Shown here piece by piece: positions 23,933-36,211 of a stretch of 64,000 nucleotides of DNA; position 1 is the first letter of the stretch; every line of letters starts with the position of its first letter. The notes under the pieces were generated by a model. It was not told the DNA's origin and did no database searches. It saw only the letters and a list, made by a program, of their open reading frames with translations. A program made the translations under genes and the position numbers. The stretch is from Eledone cirrhosa (taxonomy: Eukaryota): contig OZ024745.1 in the NCBI GenBank assembly GCA_964016885.1, positions 83,266,001-83,330,000 on the forward strand. The letters are read 5' to 3'.

Positions 23933-26900
23933 GCTTTCTTTATTAACCACAAGGGTTTAAAGTAAGACATTAAACACATACAGGACAATACAGGACAATA
24001 CAGGACAATACAGGACGGTACAAATGGGCATTTCTGCATGTAAAAAGAACAAAAACAGAGGATGAAACAAAAAAAAAAAACAATGAAAAATTCCCCAATA
24101 GGGGGAGACTTCCAAGGGCCAACGTGGAGAAAGCCCATTAAAAAAGCCATGGTAACCCTGACCACCAGGGCAAATGCCCTCTCCTAGTTTTCCACCTTCA
24201 ATTTACATACTCAGAGTAGGCCCATTTACACGGGCCATACTTGCTTCTCTCACCCATCTTTCAAAAAAATGCTGGGAAGAGAGCACTTCCCTCTCCACCC
24301 TGATTTTCCTTTTTAAATGAAATTTGAAAAAGTTAATCAGGGCATCGAAATGTAAGTGCTCGTCTTCAGCCCTTTCAAACGCGTCCACCATACTATCTCT
24401 TTCGTCATGGCCACCAGACAGATACAAAACTGCCTGCCCTTCCCGGCTAAAGGAAGATTGCGGGACAATCCTCACGATGGATTCAGCTGATAGCCGGATC
24501 CGTCCTACACGCGACAGCAGGTGTTCGACATAAACCCACAAGTCAGCAATGCTCGGACACTGGACGAGTGCGGGCAGGACGGTTTCGTTGCCCTGCGCGC
24601 ATCTCGGACATGTCCGGCTGACGGCACCTCTATGCCTGTAGAGTTTATCCCGAACTGGCAAAGCTCCTCGGTAGCACTGCCAGGCCAGGGATTTCTGGAA
24701 GTTGTTCATAGGCCCCGGCCCGAAAGGTCTTCGGAAGAGATTGGCTAGTTGATTTTCGACAATTGGCTAGTTGAGTTTCCACAAGTACGTCGTCGATCTT
24801 CTCCTCCACTAATCCTCTATAGAACGCCAAGGTGGAGTTTCCACCGATCACATTGCCCGATTGGTCGAGGGCTGTGAGCGCCTGAAGTCTTCAAGCGAAC
24901 CCTCTCGGTCTTCGCTTGACCCAGGACTGCAGCTCCGCCAAGGAGACAAGCTGGGGAAAGACGCGTCTAGCAAACGGTGACCACACCTAATCACCGTCGA
25001 GGATGAGGTGGAAATGTCATGGCCTGAGCGCGTGTCTGCGCATCATCAGCCACGGCAAGTCCAGCCCTCCACGTAGCGGGTGTTGACAGCAGATGGACCG
25101 CCTGACCATCGGAGCGGGTCCCTTCCACAAAAGCGAAAGAGCAAACGCTCCAGCGCAGTCAGGCGAGGCTTAGGACAAGGCACGACGGTCAAGCGGTAGT
25201 AGATGACGACGCGATGTACGCATTCGCCACCTCCGCTTGACCTTTCAGGGATAGCTTCCTCTCTGCCCATTTCTGCGTGAGAGAAGTCACCCTGCTCGTC
25301 ACCTCGTCCCAGTTTTTGTCCGTCTGGAGGTCCGGACCGAAACAGATCCCTAGCAATTTAACAGGTCCGTCCGTCCAGCGCCCGACGACTGTGCTAGACG
25401 GCATTGTCCTGCCTCTCCAGGTGCCGAGCTGCAGGCCCACCGACTTTTCCTGGTTGATCATTGCTCCTGTCACCGCTTCGTATTCTCTTAGTGTGGTGCT
25501 GATCGCCTCGATGTGTTTGGCGTTCCACCCTATCTAAAGCTTTCGACTGATCTAAATTGATCAAGGACCCACTCGTGACAGGTTCCCTAGCTACCTTCTC
25601 CACGATGTATCGCATGAGGTGGAGATTGTCGGGAATAGATCTGTTTGGAATGGCGCGTGTCTGCGCGTCTTCCACTAGACCACCAACGACAAGTGCAAAC
25701 CTCTTTGCTAGCACCTTGGCCAAAATCTTGAACTCTGTGTTTAGCAGAGTTATGGGCCTGAAATTATCTGTTATCCACCTTGGTCGGATCCGTTTTCCGC
25801 AGCGCCACCGCTCCTCGGCTCTAAGAAGCTGGGAATTCTCCCGTTCTGTTGCCTGTTGCAGTAAAAGTCCGCCAAGAGGCCTCCGAACAAGTCTGGCATC
25901 GGTACGTAAAGTTCATAGGGCAGACCATCCAAACCAGGCGATTTACCCCTTGTGCAGCCAGTCATTGCCTCCCGTACTTCCTGCTGCTGTTATCGGCTTT
26001 CCGCAACACTCCGCCTCAGTGGCCGAGAGCCGCGGCAGTCCGTCAAGGTAGACACTAAAGTCCATCCCTCGATCCGGCCCGCCGCTGACCCCGAACTGCT
26101 GAGCGAAGTGTCGCTGAAAAGCTTCACACATTTGCCCGGGATCGAGTAGCATGCGCCCGTCGTGGTCCACCAAAGACCGGATCGTGGCTTTGTTGCCACG
26201 ACGCGCCTCCGCCACTCGGGCCCATTGAACAGCTTTCGTCCCCTTGTGTCTGAGAGCACGCACCCTAGCTCTGAATACGCAGCCTTCGTGCTTTGCATTG
26301 AAGAATTGGTCAAGGACCAATTTCGCCGCAAGTACGTCAGTCGCGATGCCTTTGCTAAGCGCCTCGTCTAATTTTCTAACTAGTTCTCCCTCTGCTCTAT
26401 TTTTCTCGATTGCTAAAGCCTTACGAAACCTAATGGACTCTATTCTAATCGCTCTTTTCAGAGCAAACCACGACTTGTTGTTGACGATGCCCCCGTCAAC
26501 GCTCGTTTAACTAGTTCGCTAAACCGGTCTCTGTAGGCCTTGCGCGCTGGTAAGGCTGCGTTTAGCTTCCAGTAGCCGGGTCCTCGTCTATGAGGCCTAT
26601 CTATGTCAAGAACAAAGATCACGAATTTGTGTCCGTGTAGCTGAATTGTGGACAGCCTATGCCAGACCTATTTATTTCCTTACAAAATACTCTATCTAGA
26701 TATGATCTGGATGACCCGATACGGTTTGTCCAAATCCACATTGGCACATTCGGGAAATCCAATCGGTAACTGTCAGACTATTCAAAACGCCTAAGCAGGT
26801 TGGTGTGGCTCTTGCACCCTCCTCCCCTATCCGCTAATCCCACACAGTCCAAGCGTGCATCTAAAATCCCGTTCCAGTCGCCCACTAACACTAGAAAGGT

Positions 26901-27780
26901 CTCCAGTCGCCCACTAACACTAGAAAGGTCTCCAGACGCCCACTAACACTAGAAAGGTCTCCAGACGCTGGAAGAAATCAGGCTGCCCTGCTCCTGTCGG
27001 GGCATAGACGGCCACTAGCCTGAAAGCTTGCCCGTCTCCTCTGGTCACGTCCAGCACCACCAACTTACCTTCTGGGTCCAAGAAGATGGCCCGTTTGGCG
27101 AGATCCAAACATCTCCGAAAAAGCACCGCAACTCCTCCCCCTGATCCAGGACGGCTGGCAGATCCGTACACATCGTAGCCACCGAAGATCGGTGCAAAGA
27201 CCCCTGCTGCGGAGATTCTGGTCTCGCTTATGGCCACTACATCTATGTTTAGTGATCTGAGGTCGTTGAGCAGGTGGCCCTGCTTCCATGACGACCTCAA
27301 GCTACGCGCATTTATGCTGCCTATTCTGAATGAGGTCATGTTGAAATAGAGTGGAAAAGATGGGAAAGACCACTTACCTTACTTCTCGTAGAGGAAGGAT
27401 GGTTTCTCCATCTCGTAGAGGAAGGATGGTTTCTCCATTGATCGTCTGGTGAAGGGACCGTTGAATCGTCCCTTCGGCTGGTCGTCGGCCCTTCTGTGAG
27501 TATATCCGAATATTCCCTCCGGTTGAGTGTCCCTCCTAGGTCTCTGAAATCACCAACTGCGTTGGTGAATTTTATTTTAATGTTTGTGTATTGTTTGTGT
27601 GCTATTCTTACCAGTCTTATGTTCGTTGGTGTTTTGATTGGTGCTGGTATTATGTAGTCGTGCTGTGAAATGTCTGTGTGTTCAATTATGTAAGTCATCA
27701 GTTTCTTGTTGTGTGTATTTATTGCTGTGCATTTCTTTTTCTGCGGGTGGGGTGTGGTTCTGCTATGTTCTTGTCGTTGC
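23933..27780 (-). mobile_element. Tx1 copy 4, degraded, 5' part of ORF1 lost, RT core deleted
   Basis: ORF1 end 27336-27698, APE 26920-27339 and RT pieces 25189-26320. 3'UTR resembles copy 3. Eroded trinucleotide tail at 23830-23932. Confidence 0.9.
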
Positions 27781-28700
27781 CAATGCTCAGAGCTGTACTG
27801 AAGGAGGGGACAGTAGGCCAGGGGATATCCAAGGAGGAAATAACATCAAGGAGGAAGAGCAGCCTTAAGGGAAAATCCCTTCATAGTACCTTCTTTGAGA
27901 AAACTGAATTTAGAGATCCACAGACATGGAACTGGTTGAGAAGAGGAGACCTCAAAAAGGCTACAGAAGGAATGCTAATGGCTGCGCAGGAGCAGGCCAT
28001 CAAAACGAAGTGGTTGAAGCACCATATCTACAAGGAGGAGGCTAGCCCACTGTGCAGGATCTGTGGAGAGAGAGAGAGGAGACTGTGGCTCACATTGTGT
28101 CCGAGTGTAAACACCTAGCCCAGACCCACTATAAGGGCTGGAGACACGATGTGATGGGCAGGGTGATCCACTGGCACCTGTGCAAAGTAAACAATCTACC
28201 ACATTCTGAGAAATGGTATGAGCATAGGCCAGAGGCGGTGATGGAGAACAGTCAGGTGAAGGTGCTGTGGGATTTTAGGATACAGACGGACAAAAAACTG
28301 GAACACAATAGACCTGACCTGGTGGTTGTGGACAAAGAAAAAAGATCGTGCCTGATTGTGGATGTGGCCTGCCCGTTCGACACGAGAGTGCAAGAGAAGG
28401 AGAGGGAGAAAATTAGCCGATACCAGGACCTAAAGTGGGAGGTGAAAAAGATTTGGAACTGCCATGAAGTCAAAGTGATCCCGATTGTCATAGGCGCACT
28501 GGGGACTATCTCCAAAGGTTTCCAGGGATGGTTAAAGAAAATCGGCCCCTTCACGCTTTTTGGAACGCTTCAAAAGGCATGCTTGCTTGGAACAGCAAGA
28601 ACCCTCCGATACGTCCTGAATATCTGAGGCTGCAGGTAGTGGCTTGATATTCAATCCAACGGACTTTCCAGTTAACCAACATCAATGACTGAGATTCAAG
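27781..28700 (+). mobile_element. R4/Dong family B, 5'-truncated copy B4
   Basis: ORFs 27678-28118 and 28052-28627 (CCHC, RPD, GTARTLRYVLNI*). 3'UTR is the reverse complement of 5045-5120. (AAT/AAC)n tail at 28701-28721. Confidence 0.93.
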
Positions 28701-28721
28701 GAATAACAATAACAATAATAA

Positions 28722-31700
28722 TGATTTCTTTATTAACCACAAGGGTTTACATAAAGTAGACATTAAGGACAGTGCAGGACAATGCAGGACGGTACAAATG
28801 GGCATTTCTGCGTGTAAAAAACAAAAACAGAGGATGTAACAAAAATAACAATGAAAATAACAATGAAAAATTCCCCAATAGGGGGGAGACTTCGGAGGGA
28901 CATTTGTGGAGAAAGCCTAGTAAAAAGCCACAATGTCCCTGACCACCAAGGCAAGTGCCCTCTCCCAGTTTTCCACCTTTAATTTACAGATATATACTCA
29001 GAGTAGGCCCATTCACTCGGGCCATTCTTGCTTCTCTCACCCATCTTTCAACAAAATGCTGGGAAGAGAGTACTTCCCTCTCTACTCTGATTTTCCAGTC
29101 AATCAGAGCATCACCGAAGAGGTAAGTGCTCGTCTTCAGCCCTTTCAAACGTGTCCACCATACTATCTCTTTCGCCATGGCCACCAGACAGATAAAAACT
29201 GCCTGCCCTTCCCGGCTAAAGGAGGAAGGCGGGGCAATCCTCACGATGGACTCAGATGATAGCCGGATCCGTCCTAAACGCGACAGCAGGTGTTCGACAT
29301 AAACCAACAAGTCAGCAATTTTCGGACACTGGACGAGTGCGTGCAGGACGGTTTCGTCGCCCTGCGCGCATCTCGGACATGCCCGGCTGACGGCACCTCC
29401 ATGCCTGTAGAGTTTATCCCGAACTGGCAAGGCTCCTCGGTAGCACTGCCAGGCCAGAGATTTCTGGAAATTGTCCATAGGCCCCGGCCCGAAAGTTCTT
29501 CCGAAGAGATTGGCTAGTTGATTTTCGTCGACGCCTAGAGTTTCCCCAAGTACGTCGTCGCTCTTACCCTCCACTAATCCTCTATAGAACGCCGAGGTGG
29601 AGTTTCCACCGATCACATTGGCCGATTGGTCGAGGGCTGTGAGCGCCTGAAGACATTCCAGTCTCCAGGCGCTCCCTCTCGGTCTTCGCTTGACCCAGGA
29701 CTGCAGCTCCGTCAAGGAAACGAGCTGGGGAAATACGCGCCTAGCAAACGGCGACCACACCTGATCACCGTCGAGGAAGAGGTGGAGATGACGTAGCCTG
29801 AGCGCGTGCCTGCGCATCATCAGCCACGGCATGCCCAGCCCTCCACGTAGCGGGTGTTGACAACAGATGGACCGCCTGACCATCGGAGCACGTCCCTTCC
29901 ACAAAAAGCGAAAGAGCAAACGCTCCAGCCCAGTCAGGCGAGGCTTAGGACAAGGTACGACGGTCAGGCGGTAGCAGATGACAGACGCGATGTACGCGTT
30001 AGCCACCTCCGCTCGACCTTTCAGGGATAGCTTCCTCTCCGCCCATTTCTGGGTGAGAGAAGCCACCCTGCTCGTCACCTCGTCCCAGTTTTTGTCCGTC
30101 TGGAGGTCCGGACCGAACCAGACCCCTAGCAATTTAACCGGTCCGTCCGTCCAGCGTCCGACGACGCTGTTGGACGGGATGGACCTGCCTCTCCAGGTGC
30201 CGAGCTGCAGGCCCACTGACTTTTCCTGGTTGATCATTGCTCCTGTCACCGCTTCGTATTCTCTTAGTGTAGTGCCGATCGCTTCGATGTGTTTGGCGTT
30301 CGACACCACTACGGTGACATCGTCCGCATATGCTGACACGATCTTCCGCATCCTAGTTCGCGCGGGACTCCCCTCAACGTCTCCAGTTTGTGCAGTAATG
30401 GCTCGAGAGTCAATACGTACAAGAGGGACGAGAGGGGACATCCTTGGCGGACCGAGCGCATGATGTTGAACGGTTCCGACAGGTGACTGTTCACTCTCAC
30501 CACAGAGCAGATGTCGCTGTGCATGGCAGCGATGCAGCCTCTGAAGACGGGCCCAAAGCCAGCCGCCCTCAGGACTGCCGCTAGGTAACGATGGTCGACC
30601 CTATCGAAAGCTTAAATTGATCAAGGACCCACCCGTGCCAGGTTCCCTAGCTACCCTCTCTACGATGTATCGCATGAGGTGGAGGTTGTCGTGGATGGAT
30701 CTGTCGGGAATGGCGCATGTCTGCGACTCTCCCACCAGACCACCAACGACAAGCGCCAACCTCTTTGCTAGCACCTTGGCCAAAATCTTAAACTCTGTGT
30801 TTAGCAGAGTTATGGGCCGGAAATTGTCTATGTTATCCCCCTTGTTCGGATCCTTTCTCAGCAGTGCCACCGCTCCTCGGCTCACAGAACTGGGAATTCT
30901 CCCGTTCTGTTGCCAGTTGCAGTAGACGTCCGCCAAGAGGCCTCCGAACAAGTCTGGCATCTGTACGTAAAGTTCATAGGGCAGACCATCCAAACCAGGC
31001 GATTTACCGCTTGTGCAGCCAGTCATTGCCTCCCTTACTTCAGCGGCTGTTATCGGCTTTTCGCAACACTTCGCCTCAGTGGCCGAGAGCCGCGGCAGTC
31101 CGTCGAGGTAGACACTAAAGTCCATCCCTCTACCCGGCCCACCGCTGCCCCCGAACAGCTGAGCGAAGTGTCGCTGAAAAGCTTCACACATTTGCCCGGG
31201 ATCGAGTAGCATGCGCCCGTCGTGGTCCACCAAAGACCGGATCGTGGCTTTGTTGCCACGACGCGCCTCCGCCACTCGGGCCCATTGAACAGCTTTCGTC
31301 CCCTTGTGTCTGAGAGCACGCACCCTAGCTCTGAATACGCAGCCTTCGTGCTTTGCATTGAAGAATTGGTCAAGGACCAATTTCGCCGCAAGTACGTCAG
31401 TCGCGATGCCTTTGCTAAGCGCCTCGTCTAATTTTCTAACTAGTTCTCCCTCTGCTCTATTTTTCTCTATTGCTAAAGCCTTACTAAACCCAATCGATTC
31501 TATTCTAATCGCTCTTTTCAGAGCAAACCACCACTTGTTGTTGACGATGGCCCCCGTCAACGCCCGCTTAACTAGTTCGCTAATCCGGTCTCTGTAGGCC
31601 TTGCGCGCTGGTAAGGACGCGTTTAGCTTCCAGTAGCCGGGTCCTCGTCTATGAAGCCTATCTAAGTCAAGCACACAGATCACGAATTTGTGGTCCATGT

Positions 31701-34700
31701 AGCTGACTATCTTGAATTGTGGACAGCCTATGCTAGACCTATCTATTTCCCTACAAAATACTCTATCTAGATATGATCTGGATGACCCTATGCGGTTTGT
31801 CCAAATCCACATTGGCACATTCGGGAAATCCAATCGGTACCTGTCAGACAGTTCAAAACGCCTGAGCAGGTTGGTGAGGCTCTTGCACCCTCCCCCCCTA
31901 TCCGCTAATCCCACCCATCCCAGCGTGCATCTAAGATCCCGTTCCAGTCGCCCACTAACACTAAAGAGCGGGACGTTCCAAGAAAGGTCTCCAGACGCCG
32001 GAAGAAATCAGGCCGCCCTGCTCCTGTCGGGGCATAGACGGCCACTAGCCTGAAAACTTGCCCGTCTCCGCTGGTCACGTCCAGCACCACCAGCTTACCC
32101 TCTGGGTCCAGGAAGATGGCCCGTATGGCGAGATCCAAACCTCTCCGAAAAAGCACAGCAACTCCTCCACCGGATCCAGGACGGCTGGGAGATGCGTACA
32201 CATCGTAGCCGCCGAAGATCGGTGCGAAGGCCCGTGCTTCGGAGATTCTGGTCTCGCTGATGGCCACTACATCTATGTTTAGTGACCTGAGGTCGTTGAG
32301 CAGGTGACCCTGCTTCCATGACGACCCCAAGCCACGCGCATTTATGCTGCCTATTCTGAGTGAGGTCATGTTTAAAATAGAGTGGAAAAGATGGGAAAGA
32401 CCACTTACCGTACTTTTGGTAGAGGAGGGATGGTTTTTACATCCCTTTTCACTTGATCGTCTGGTGAAGGGACCGTTGAATCGTCCCTTCGGCTGGTCGT
32501 CGGCTCTTCTAAGAGAATGTCTGAGTATACTCTTCGATTGATGGTTCCTCCTAAGTCCCTGAAATCACCAACTGCGTTGGGGAATTTCGTTTTAATGTTT
32601 GTGTATTGTTTCTGTGCTATTTTTAGCAGTCTTATGTTAGTTGGCGTTTTGATTGGTGCTGGTATTATGTAGTCCTGTTGTGAAATGTCTGTGTGTTCAA
32701 TTATGTAAGTCATTAGTTTCTTGTTGTGTGTATTTATTGCCGTGCATTTGTTTTTCTGGGGGTGGGGTGTGGTTCTGCTATTTTCTTGTCGTTGTTGCTG
32801 GGTGTGTGTGTTTTGTTGTTGTGTTTGCGATGTTGGTGCTTGTGGTGGTGGTGTTGAAGGTGTTGTTGGCGGTGGGGTTGTCGCCGGTGGTGATGGTGGT
32901 GCTAGTGTGGGTGGTGATGGTGTTGGTGTTGTTGCTGCTGTGGGTCTCTTTGCAGTAGACTTTACCCTTTTCTCATTTCTTTCCTCCCTTTTCAAAGGCG
33001 ACGATGCGCTGCTTCTGCGTTTGTGCCTTCTTACGACCTTTTGCCATCCCTCTCCCACCTCACACTCCATGTCTGATTCTGTGAGGTCGGGGAGGGGTAC
33101 CAGCTCCACTCTTTCACTTGTTGTTGTTGGTGATGTTTGCACTGGAGTCTCTGTTGCAGCTGCATTTGGTATTGCTGTTGTTGTTGTTAATATTTCCACT
33201 GCTGCTGCTGTTTTTGATTTCCGTGGAGTGGGTATGGGTGCCACGGGCCTATCGTTCCTGGTTGCCGCTTGTCCTGTTGCTGGTAGCCGTGGAGCCGGAT
33301 TCGGAAGGAGGGGGGTTTCTCCTTTCTCAGGGTCTTCTCGTTGCAGAAGGCCCTGAGGTGAGTCTTCGATCCACAGCGAAAGCATTTCGGGCGTTTGCCC
33401 TCAACACTTATGGGCAGTTGAGTGCCGTTATCGAAGTCTATCACATCCGGGATAGCTTCGATGCACTCCTGGTTGGTTTGGATTAGCATCTCAATGGAGG
33501 AGCCGACCCAATCTTCTCTTACTTTTTTCTGTACTTGCAGTACAGTTGTTTTGTCCTCGATTCCGACGAGGACAGACGCGGCCAGCCAAGAAGGGGTTAT
33601 TCCGGGGGGGACGTGGGTCAGTTTGACCCTCACAATTTTTGCCCGCAGAAGGAGGGCACCAACACCATTTCCTCGCTCCTTAGGGTCACTACTGATTGGG
33701 CCTTTGCCTCCTGGGGTGTGGCAAAAAGTACGTCTACGGTGGCATATTTTTTGCCTCGGGTGATATGCGTTTTCCGCTGCCACACAGACCCCAACGCTTT
33801 TTGTATTTGGGCTTCTGTGGCTCTTTCCACCCTACGGGATTTTGTACTTACTGTACGGTACGTGACCGTACAGTGCTCTTGGGTTTCGAAAAATTTTTCC
33901 GCTGCCTTGCAGATTGCTCGGTGTCCGTTCTTTGTCACCATCTTCTTCGCTTCCTCTAATTCCTCATTTGTTATGAGGGTTGTTTCCAAGTTTTTCGCAA
34001 TACCTGCAAATGAGATTGGTTTTTCTCTGCTGTTGTTGTTGTCATCAGAGCTGCTGGTACTTTTGTTGTTGCTGCAGGTACTACGACTACTGCCTCCGCC
34101 GCTGTTGCTGTGGTTGTTGTTGGTGTTGCTGCTGCTAATGCTGTTGTTGTTTATGCTGCTGGTGATGCTGTTGCGGCTGCTACTGTTGTTTTCATTGTCA
34201 CTGTTGCTGTTGTTATTACGGCTGCTACTGCTATTATTCCTGACGTCAGACGAATGAACTGGGTTTTCGTATTTCCCGCACACCTGTTTCGTCGCTGTCG
34301 TCGTCGTCGTGGAGAAACCTTGCACGCTTTGCACGAGACTTTTCTTTTCTTTCGTCACTTGCGAAAGAGAAGGGAGGGAGAGAGACACATTTAAAGAAGG
34401 GAGGGAGAGAGACAATCTTCTCTCTGCTGTAGTGATGATTGAGGAAGAAGAAGACGGAATGAGTGGGAGTGACGTATGAAATTTCTTTTTCGTAGCCATG
34501 TTGTTTTTTTGTTTAAAATGAAATTTTGGGTACAAAACCCCAATAACTGTTTATTTAACCCCGAAGGGCCAAATAACGGACAGAAAGACCCCTCTCACGA
34601 GGAGGAGGGTGTCTTTATCAACAATTTGGTTCAAGTTTTAAACAATTTACAATTGTTTTAACGGTTAAAAATTACTATACCTTACAGAGCCGAGCCTCCG

Positions 34701-34715
34701 TCAACCATGGCATTC
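28722..34715 (-). mobile_element. Full-length Tx1 copy 5, near-identical to copy 3 and inverted relative to it
   Basis: ORF1 pieces 33630-34535, 33187-33783 and 32405-33385. ORF2 pieces 31905-32369, 30601-31914 and 28984-30441. Same 5' terminus as copy 3, abutting (AAT)n at 34716-34735. Confidence 0.95.
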
Positions 34716-34735
34716 AATAATAATAATAATAATAA

Positions 34736-35575
34736 CCTTAATGGAAAATCCCGTCATAGCACCTTTTTTAAGAAAACGGAATTCAGAGATCCACAGACAT
34801 GGAACTGGTTAAAAAGAAGAGACTTTTGAAAAGCTACAGAAGGAATGCTAATGGCTGCACAAGAGCAAGCTCTCAGAACGAAGTGAAACACCATATTGAC
34901 AAGGAGGATGCTAGCTCACTGTGTAGGATCTGTGGAGAGAGAGAGACGAGACCGAGGCTCACATGGTATCCGAATGTAAACACCTAGCCCAGACTCACTA
35001 TAAAGGCTGGAAGCATGATATGATAGGAAAGGTGATTCACTGGCATCTATGCAAAGTAAACAATTTACCACATTCTGAGAAGTGGTAAGAACATAAACCA
35101 GAGTCGGTGATAGAAAACGATCAGTTGAAGATGCTATGGGATTTCAGGATACAGGCAGACAAGAAATTAGAACACAATAGGCCTGAACTGGTGGTTTTGG
35201 ACAAGGTAAAAAGATCGTGTCTGATCTAGCCTGCCCCTTTGACAGAAGAGTGGAAGAAAGGGAGGAGGAGAAAATTAACTAGGATTTAAAGTGGGAATTA
35301 AAAAAGGATTTGGGACTTTAATGAGAGTAAGGTCGTCCCGATTGTCATAGCAGCACTAGGTACTATCTTGAAGAGTTTTCAAGGATGGTTAAACAACATT
35401 AGTCCAGCCCCCTTTTTTGAAACACTTCAAAAAGCATGCTTGCTTGGAACAGCAGGAACCATCCGATATGTTCTGAATAGCTGAGGCTGCAGGTAGCGGC
35501 TTGATGTTCATTTGAACAAACCTCCCAGTTAAATAACATCAACGACTGAGACTCAAAGAATAACAATAATAATAA
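34736..35575 (+). mobile_element. Older R4/Dong family B 3' fragment B5
   Basis: Colinear with 27860-28700 but with stops and frameshifts. Ends GAGACTCAAAGAATAACAATAATAAT. Confidence 0.88.
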
Positions 35576-35576
35576 T

Positions 35577-36166
35577 ATAGACATAGAATATTCGAAAATA
35601 TTCTGTATGTTTATAATAAACATTTTGAAGACCTAATCGCTATAGAATAGAATACGTCACGTATTACAATTAGATTCTCGATAAAAGCAAGGGAAGTAAT
35701 CTACGCGTTTCATTCTTGTTAGAATACGTGACGTATTCTATTCTATAGCGATTAGGTCTTCAAAATGTTTATTATAAACATACAGAATATTTTCGAATAT
35801 TCTATGTCTATATTCACATATATATCGCTATTTCAGAGCATTTATTCCAATTTCTAATTTCTGCCGGACCGGCAACCGCTCTTTCAAACCAGTTCCTGTA
35901 CACAGCTAAGTATTCTATAAGTCTCTAGCTGTGTCATTCTCGATAAAAGCACTGGATATGTAGTCCTGATGATTTCTAACAAGAATGAAACGCGTAGATT
36001 ACTTCCCTTGCTTTTATCGAGAATCTAATTGTAATACGTGACGTATTCTATTCTATAGCGATTAGGTCTTCAAAATGTTTATTATAAACATACAGAATAT
36101 TTTCGAATATTCTATGTCTATATTCACATATATATCGCTATTTCAGAGCATTTATTCCAATTTCTA
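35577..36166. repeat. Penelope pLTR-like inverted + direct repeat arrangement
   Basis: 35577-35723 is the reverse complement of ~35975-36122. 35724-35857 recurs directly at ~36034-36166. Contains a hammerhead motif. Confidence 0.75.
35960..36002 (+). ncRNA. Minimal type I hammerhead ribozyme
   Basis: GTAGTC-CTGATGA-T TTCT AACA AGAA T-GAAA-CGCG-TA-GATTAC. Stem I and stem II pair, core is intact, and stem III is a short palindrome. Confidence 0.75.
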
Positions 36167-36183
36167 ATAATAATAATAATAAT

Positions 36184-36211
36184 TTCTTTATTATCCACAA
36201 GGGCTGACATA
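36184..36211 (-). mobile_element. Extremely 5'-truncated Tx1 3' end inside (AAT)n
   Basis: Reverse complement ATGTCAGCCCTTGTGGATAATAAAGAAA matches the copy-1 terminus (2397-2424). AAT repeats on both sides. Confidence 0.8.

Noticed and set aside
11350-34400. Long antisense ORFs (poly-V/L/G) over Tx1 ORF1 and ORF2
   Set aside because: Shadow frames of low-complexity, C/A-rich sense ORFs, with no independent motifs.
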